From positions 64,001 to 128,000 of the forward strand of contig CAVRCF010000001.1 of assembly GCA_963719505.1 (NCBI GenBank): a stretch of 64,000 nt of DNA, given 5' to 3'. The notes under the pieces were generated by a model. That model saw only the letters and a list, made by a program, of their open reading frames with translations. It ran no database searches and was not told the origin of the DNA. Made by a program: the position numbers and the translations under genes. Source of the stretch: Halobacteriovoraceae bacterium. Lineage in GTDB: Bacteria; Bdellovibrionota; Bacteriovoracia; Bacteriovoracales; Bacteriovoracaceae. The first letter of the stretch is position 1; each line of letters starts with the position of its first letter. Shown piece by piece: positions 58,361 through 64,000 of this stretch.

Positions 58361-58831
58361 ATGAGCAACTTTAGAATCAACAAACCATTTGAAACAAGCC
58401 CCCCTAGACTTAAAGATTTAATAAATGAACATGTTATGGGTGATGTTTGGATTCGAGATACGCCGTTTGGACCTATTACCGATTCACTTAAGATTGCTGA
58501 ACATTTTGAAATGAAACATCACAACATTCTTAGGGCCATTGATAAGTGCAATGAGGAACTTGCCATTCAACTCAGATTTGAGTTGAATGAAAACTTCATA
58601 GAAAACAGTTACTTAGGAGGAGCAAAAGGCAAGACGAGAAAAACACGTAAAGTAGATATCACAGAGTTTGGCCTCATGCTGCTACTACTATATATCAACA
58701 CACCAAAAGCCAGAATGATTTCAGCAGAGATTTTATATCGTTTCTTTATCCTCAAAAGCTATGTCGATGGACTGAATGAAAATCAAATCGATGCACTAAA
58801 GGGATATTACAGAAAAAGAATGAAGGATTAG
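58361..58831 (+). CDS. Rha family phage regulatory protein
   Basis: TDSLKIAEHFEMKHHNILRAI...NF.E.SY...ITEFGLMLL. Confidence 0.8.
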   Translation: MSNFRINKPFETSPPRLKDLINEHVMGDVWIRDTPFGPITDSLKIAEHFEMKHHNILRAIDKCNEELAIQLRFELNENFIENSYLGGAKGKTRKTRKVDITEFGLMLLLLYINTPKARMISAEILYRFFILKSYVDGLNENQIDALKGYYRKRMKD

Positions 58832-58861
58832 TACAAGGGCCTTTTATTCCTATAGACAAAC

Positions 58862-59180
58862 TTACAACCAAGCATTTTTAATCGCTTCATACCCTACAGG
58901 ATCATATTCTTTCAATTCTACTCTGTTTTTTGGAAAATAATCATCCGCTCCGAAATAAGCCTCTGTTAACTCTGCAAAGTATTCTTCAAGGTTTGTAAGG
59001 ACGTATGCTTTAACAAAACTTCCATCCCCATTTCTTGATGGAACACTTGAGTAAAGTCCAGTTGTCTGAGCATTTTTATAAGCTCTGATAACTGCCTCAT
59101 TATCTATGCCTACCTCATAATAATGATAACCATGAGAGAGTTCATGTAACAAAACAAATGGCGCGTAAGTAAAAGTTTTA
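58862..59180 (-). pseudogene. C-terminal remnant of a zinc-dependent peptidase (MtfA/lethal-factor-like zincin)
   Basis: LHELSHGYH...EEYFAELTEAYFG..DYFP....LKEYDP; no N-terminal domain or credible start. Confidence 0.6.
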
Positions 59181-59238
59181 TGTCTGACTAAAACTTCTTT
59201 CGGATTTTTAAATTAAACAATTTAATAAACAGAATTGA

Positions 59239-59844
59239 TTAGAACTTTTTATAGAAACTTAAAGCAGGTACAAGGCTACTCCCTGCACTCATTACAGTAA
59301 CAGCAGTGTTTGGAAGAAGGTCTTTATCATCAATAAACAGGGTCTGTAAGCCTGCCATAGCTAATGGTATGGTCCCAGCAATATAAATTGAATTACGATC
59401 ATTTCTACCTTCAACCATTGTTGATAATAAGATCGCTAATCCAGAATTAATGGCCAGGTTTTTAAGCCTAAGCTTTCTTTCTTTTATTCTGAACTTTAGA
59501 GCATCTTCATTTGATATTTCTCGAAGAAAGTTCATTCCCTTCTTATCTGTGATTCGACAGTCCCGAGAAGAACTCAGCAAAGAGTCAATTCCCACAACCG
59601 TGCCTAAGACAGCAGTGAGAAACATTTGTGCGTCTGTTGAAAACTTCTTACCATCCCTATTGTCTTCAATATTTTTTACAGCAACTCTTGTTGCATAAAA
59701 AGCTGAAATTGCAGTCACTCCTGGTAAGTATTCGTAACCTGTCTTTCTTTGTTTATTAGTTTTCTCTGAACAATTTGGAGGAGCCGACATTGAAAAAACT
59801 GAGGTAACTAATACAAAGTTTAAAATAATAAATATTAATTTCAT
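59239..59844 (-). CDS. Hypothetical exported/membrane protein
   Basis: Start ATG 59844 (MKLIFII); signal peptide and several hydrophobic segments. Confidence 0.6.
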   Translation of the reverse strand: MKLIFIILNFVLVTSVFSMSAPPNCSEKTNKQRKTGYEYLPGVTAISAFYATRVAVKNIEDNRDGKKFSTDAQMFLTAVLGTVVGIDSLLSSSRDCRITDKKGMNFLREISNEDALKFRIKERKLRLKNLAINSGLAILLSTMVEGRNDRNSIYIAGTIPLAMAGLQTLFIDDKDLLPNTAVTVMSAGSSLVPALSFYKKF

Positions 59845-59948
59845 GATAGAAATATCCCCTAGCTTAACTCTTGCCATCTCTTGATTTAGTTTTAAACCAA
59901 TATTAAGAAAAAGAACAGCTATTGTGGCTAGCTTTCCTAGGCTTTTAG

Positions 59949-60473
59949 TTACAGATTCTCATTTCTCAAAACCATATTTATTTCGAATATCTGATCATCC
60001 AATTTTTCTCTAGATGTTTCAACAAAGCCACTTTTCTCGTAAACTCTGACACCTCGTGGGTTGATGCTAAAAACACCTAAAGTGATTTGTTCTAATTTCA
60101 TTGTTTTAAAAGCATAATCAATTGTTTGCTTCATAGCCTCAGTTCCATACCCTTTATTAAAAAATCTAGGTAAAATAGCAATCCTGATATTTGCAGATTT
60201 ATTTTCAATATGGTTGAGCACGACTTCACCAACAAATTCATTAGTTTTAGTCAGGACAATTGCAAAGTCTTTTCGATTCTTTTTCTCTTTCAATCCATTT
60301 AACCAATCCAGAAGCTTGTCTTTTTCAAATGGAACAAAGGGATCATTCGGCTCGGTTGTTTTATGAACTTCTAAATCATTTACCAACTCAAAATAGTCGT
60401 CAATATAACTCGAATCTAGATCTTTTAGTATTATGCTCACAAATGACTCCCTTACTTTCAAACATTTTTTCAA
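59949..60473 (-). CDS. GNAT (RimJ/RimL-type) acetyltransferase; start may be GTG 60440
   Basis: FVGEVVL, NKGYGTEAM, LGVFSINPRGVRVYEKSGF. Confidence 0.88.
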   Translation of the reverse strand: MKKCLKVRESFVSIILKDLDSSYIDDYFELVNDLEVHKTTEPNDPFVPFEKDKLLDWLNGLKEKKNRKDFAIVLTKTNEFVGEVVLNHIENKSANIRIAILPRFFNKGYGTEAMKQTIDYAFKTMKLEQITLGVFSINPRGVRVYEKSGFVETSREKLDDQIFEINMVLRNENL

Positions 60474-60684
60474 AAAATATTATAGCATCGATAAAGAGTT
60501 TTGGTTTGGAAAATGTGTGGGCCATTTAGTTTTTAAAAAAATTAAGTCACTTCTATCCATCACTATGATTTTTATCCATACAATTGTTAAGATACTGTTA
60601 GAACCCTAGATTTTAAAGACGATGGATAAATTTCGTTATAACAAGAGCTGCATATATCTATTTTAAATCCAACTGGGAGAAACC

Positions 60685-61002
60685 ATGAAACTACTAACAG
60701 CTGCACTCACACTTTTATCACTATCAAGCTTTGCCAATGAAATAACTATTACTAAAGAAGCTCAAAGCTTAAAGGTTGTTGAAGTTACTATGACTGTTTA
60801 TTGTAAAGAAATGAGAGGCGGTTTTCCAGGTGATGATGCTGATTATACTTGTAATATCGGTACTTTAAAATCTAACCTAGGTAAAAGGCTTGGTTCAATC
60901 GTTGATGTTCAGGGCTTGGATCGCATATCGAACTATGTTTTATCTAATATGGTTGATAATGAAGGCTCTTACCAGACAAAGCTCAGAGTTCTCTTTTACT
61001 AA
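60685..61002 (+). CDS. Hypothetical secreted protein
   Basis: GGAG SD; signal peptide ending SFA. Confidence 0.7.
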   Translation: MKLLTAALTLLSLSSFANEITITKEAQSLKVVEVTMTVYCKEMRGGFPGDDADYTCNIGTLKSNLGKRLGSIVDVQGLDRISNYVLSNMVDNEGSYQTKLRVLFY

Positions 61003-61010
61003 TAAAACAA

Positions 61011-61043
61011 TGAGTTATCTGACTGATCTAGTTGGATAACTCA
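61011..61043. terminator. Hairpin after 60685..61002
   Basis: TGAGTTATCTGACT-GATCT-AGTTGGATAACTCA. Confidence 0.5.
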
Positions 61044-61099
61044 AATATCAGCCAATTTTGCACCCTACATCCCTTCAGTTTTGTCAGCTATAATGAACT

Positions 61100-62338
61100 G
61101 TGAAGTTTATCCTGATACTTATCTATTCCATTTTCACTCATGCTTTCGAATGTCCGAATATTCGACTGGATAAACCCATTCCAGGAAATCGTGCCAAGTA
61201 TCTGACAATGCAGTCCGTTCCCGTCCAACATCAAAAACTTGGAATATGTTACTCCTATGCAGCGACCCAACTGGCCGATGCTGTTAGGGCAAAAAGAGTG
61301 CTGGAAAAGGGCAAGAAGCCAAACCTGTCGGTGAGTTCACCCGTCTTTACTGCGATGATGTCAAAGAAAGATTGGGATAAAGATGGCATAAAATTAAACA
61401 GCGATGGTACACCACACTTTCCCTTTGAAGGGGGACATATGTGTAATGCCTTTAATAATGTAAAGAAAACAGGGGCCTGTTCTAGAGATAAAATTGAAGA
61501 TATGTTTGGTAAATCCAATCTAAAAAATGATCAGTATTTTAAAAAAATTTATAAAATTGAAGAAAGGCTGAGGGCAAAAGTTGCGCAAATAAGACAACCT
61601 GACTTCTACCCCTACCCTAGTGTTTTTGTCCCTCCAAGCCAAGAAAGAAGTTCTTCATTGGATTGGAGACCCGAGCAAGCAAATCCCTTTTTTCTCAATC
61701 GTGAGCAAATAAAAGAAGCCCAAAGCTGTCGCCTAAGTGCACTTGATGAACTCTATATGGACTTTAAAACGACCTTCGGTGCAAGCTTTAAGATTTCATA
61801 TAAGTTTTTTAAAGAAAAGTTTTCACCTGAGATGTTTGAAGACCCCTCTCAACTGGGTTTAATTTTTCAAACGATTTGTCCAATAAATGAAAGAAGTAAA
61901 ATTAATACAGGCTCCACCTGCCAAACCTATAAAGGTTCCCTGACTGATAAATACGCCTTTACTAAAAAGATCCTTGAACAACTTAAAGCCGATTCGCTGC
62001 CTGTGGGTATTTCATACTGTGCCTACACCTTAACCAATAAACCACCTTTTGACGGTATAACCTCAAGGATGCCATTGAGATTTAAAAAAGACTCCAACGG
62101 TAAGAATCTTTGTGGAAATCATGCTTCGTTAATTATTGGTTCGCGCTGGAATAAAAAACAAAAAAGCTGTGAGCTTCTCGTTCGAAATACTTGGGGAACA
62201 GGTTGTAAAAGTTATAAGAAGGGTTACCCAGCAGCATCAAGCACCGTAAAGGGTCAGGATGTAAAATGTGAAGGCGGAAATATCTGGGTTGACTACAAAG
62301 AGCTAGAGAAAAATATCTATAGGGTGCAGCACTTATGA
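61100..62338 (+). CDS. Secreted papain-like (C1) cysteine protease
   Basis: QKLGICYSYA (Gln, Cys), NHASLIIG (His), VRNTWG (Asn). Confidence 0.8.
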   Translation: MKFILILIYSIFTHAFECPNIRLDKPIPGNRAKYLTMQSVPVQHQKLGICYSYAATQLADAVRAKRVLEKGKKPNLSVSSPVFTAMMSKKDWDKDGIKLNSDGTPHFPFEGGHMCNAFNNVKKTGACSRDKIEDMFGKSNLKNDQYFKKIYKIEERLRAKVAQIRQPDFYPYPSVFVPPSQERSSSLDWRPEQANPFFLNREQIKEAQSCRLSALDELYMDFKTTFGASFKISYKFFKEKFSPEMFEDPSQLGLIFQTICPINERSKINTGSTCQTYKGSLTDKYAFTKKILEQLKADSLPVGISYCAYTLTNKPPFDGITSRMPLRFKKDSNGKNLCGNHASLIIGSRWNKKQKSCELLVRNTWGTGCKSYKKGYPAASSTVKGQDVKCEGGNIWVDYKELEKNIYRVQHL

Positions 62339-62691
62339 AAATAATTATCCTTCTTTTCATTGTTTCTTTTACTTCGATGGCCAAAGAGTTTGTCCCAGAA
62401 CTCAAAGAGATAACTCTAAAATCAGAGAGCGTAGAAATTTCGAAAACTTGTGATAATTGTATCGCCCAACAAAAATACCTTTCTCTAAAAAAAGCGGATC
62501 TAGAGAAGATTCGCGAGCATATCTTTGGCGGAAGAACTTGGGGTAATCAAGTTTGCCTAAAAACGTTTAGCGCTCAAGTTGTTTCAGCTTACGACAAAGA
62601 CCGCAATGAAGCCCAGTACTGTAAATTCAAAGACCTCTCCTATATCTCTACTGATGAACTCAACTATCTATCATTGAAACTTATCAAATAA
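62335..62691 (+). CDS. Small secreted Cys-rich protein (DUF333-like)
   Basis: ATGA overlap with protease; GNQVC...YCKFKDLSYIS pattern. Confidence 0.55.
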   Translation: MKIIILLFIVSFTSMAKEFVPELKEITLKSESVEISKTCDNCIAQQKYLSLKKADLEKIREHIFGGRTWGNQVCLKTFSAQVVSAYDKDRNEAQYCKFKDLSYISTDELNYLSLKLIK

Positions 62692-62693
62692 AT

Positions 62694-62721
62694 TCAAGGA
62701 GTTACTTCTTTTTCCCGAAAA
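62694..62721 (+). promoter_or_regulatory. Sigma-28-type promoter
   Basis: TCAAG-N15-CCCGAAAA, 6 nt before GTG 62728. Confidence 0.55.
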
Positions 62722-62727
62722 AAGACT

Positions 62728-63921
62728 GTGAGATTTTTTATCCTTTTTTTCTATTCTCTTAGTGCTTTTAGTATCTGTAGTTCTAATTTAGAGTTGCCTC
62801 TAACAGACTTCATTAATGAAATGTCACCCATTATAGATAAACCTTGGGCCGCAGCGACTGATGAACAGGTTTCAAACTATAAATGTCAGAAGGTGGCTTT
62901 AACAAACAAAGAGATGGAAGAGTATCTAGAAAAAAGTGGAACTCTAAGCCAGTCTCTTAACCTTCTTATCAATAAAGAAGAAACGCTCACAAAGCCCGCG
63001 ATCAAAACTGATTTGTCACTTTATCAAGCACAAGATTGTGAAGATGAAATATGCAAAGCTAAAAAAATATTTGGGAAGACACAAGGAATAGAGCTTTTAT
63101 ACATGATTGAAAAATATGGACTTAATGCCTCGCACCTCGTTTATGAAGATACAAAACCATGGACTAGTGAAATGCTTAAACCCTACCTTGAAGGACTTGT
63201 TGCCGTTCCTGAGTTTATGCTTCCAATAAAAAAGAACCAACAGTTTACTAAATCCAGTACTGAATCGAATGATATAGCTGACGCATCAATTACTTTTTAC
63301 GGAGGTATTGATGACTTTTCTCAAAAGAGAGTCACTTATACCACTTTCCATGAAATAGCTCACTATGTAGCTGGAAGTCTGCATGTAGAGCACGATGAAA
63401 AATGGATGGTGGCTAGTGGCTGGGAAGAAGATCTCTCAAGAAGAACTGTGGACTTTTCAACTCATGCTATGAATTTTACACCTCTCACTGTAGAGCCCCC
63501 AACAACGGGATCACTTTCATTGGGTTTAAGTAGCCAAAGGCTTGGAAGCTCACTGTTGTCACTAGCTTCCTCTCGAACTCCCTCATCTATAACGACATCG
63601 CTTGTCTCTACAGACTTTGAGCTTTCTACAGAGGCTGTTGAAGAGAGCTTTAATAAAACGAAACGTCTTCTGCTTGATATGAAAAATGATGATTCTGAAA
63701 GTTTTATTTCCGGATACGCCAAAACCAATCCACTTGAAGATATCGCAGAATCGATAACAGCCTATAGATTTAATCCTAAAAAGCTAAAAGAACTAAGTCC
63801 TAAAAGATATGAGTACTTAAAAAATAAGGTTTTCATGGGAATTGAATATCTATCAGATAGTCAATGTGATGATGCTGCCTCAAAGAGACAGCAGTTTGTC
63901 GATGTTATAAAGGTTGAGTAA
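62728..63921 (+). CDS. Secreted zincin metallopeptidase with Ser/Thr-rich insertion
   Basis: HEIAH; FISGYAKTNPLEDIAES...Y..NP..LK...P.RY. Confidence 0.8.
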   Translation: MRFFILFFYSLSAFSICSSNLELPLTDFINEMSPIIDKPWAAATDEQVSNYKCQKVALTNKEMEEYLEKSGTLSQSLNLLINKEETLTKPAIKTDLSLYQAQDCEDEICKAKKIFGKTQGIELLYMIEKYGLNASHLVYEDTKPWTSEMLKPYLEGLVAVPEFMLPIKKNQQFTKSSTESNDIADASITFYGGIDDFSQKRVTYTTFHEIAHYVAGSLHVEHDEKWMVASGWEEDLSRRTVDFSTHAMNFTPLTVEPPTTGSLSLGLSSQRLGSSLLSLASSRTPSSITTSLVSTDFELSTEAVEESFNKTKRLLLDMKNDDSESFISGYAKTNPLEDIAESITAYRFNPKKLKELSPKRYEYLKNKVFMGIEYLSDSQCDDAASKRQQFVDVIKVE

Positions 63922-64000
63922 TTATTCTATTTCAATAACCTGACTTTGACCTAAAACAAGAATTCCACCAATGCGTTTTCCCATTTTATCTTCACAACTT

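Noticed and set aside
1-64000. CRISPR array, cas genes, rRNA, integron integrase
   Set aside because: No regularly spaced repeat-spacer run, rRNA-like segment or tyrosine recombinase motif seen by eye.

Overview
AT-rich bacterial chromosomal window. The gene content (many short secreted hypotheticals, sigma-28/sigma-54-like promoters, a short flagellin, secreted proteases and a lipase) suggests a predatory Bdellovibrionota such as Bacteriovorax/Halobacteriovorax; this is inference only. Housekeeping genes (yajQ, K+/H+ antiporter, recQ, msrA, corA, metG, upp, thiolase, apt, tlyA, dapF) are interspersed with secreted and outer-membrane proteins. Accessory elements are a complete ~1.3 kb IS1202-family-like IS with a 16-bp target duplication, an ~8.7 kb glycosyltransferase/B12-radical-SAM island bounded by 26-bp direct repeats just 5' of a tRNA(CAT) and rich in frameshifts, and a structured element plus an orphan Rha gene 3' of that tRNA. 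The best candidate for an undescribed system is a signal-peptide uORF ending in RSPP (RAPP-like ribosome-arrest motif) whose codons can pair with the Shine-Dalgarno of an unannotated 28-aa membrane microprotein (8670-9108). Other strong leads are an unassigned structured RNA/attenuator at 40984-41122 and a 10-bp-phased CATA array between an RHH-like gene and a variant psp operon. No CRISPR array or rRNA was seen. All family calls come from motif recognition by eye, without database searches.
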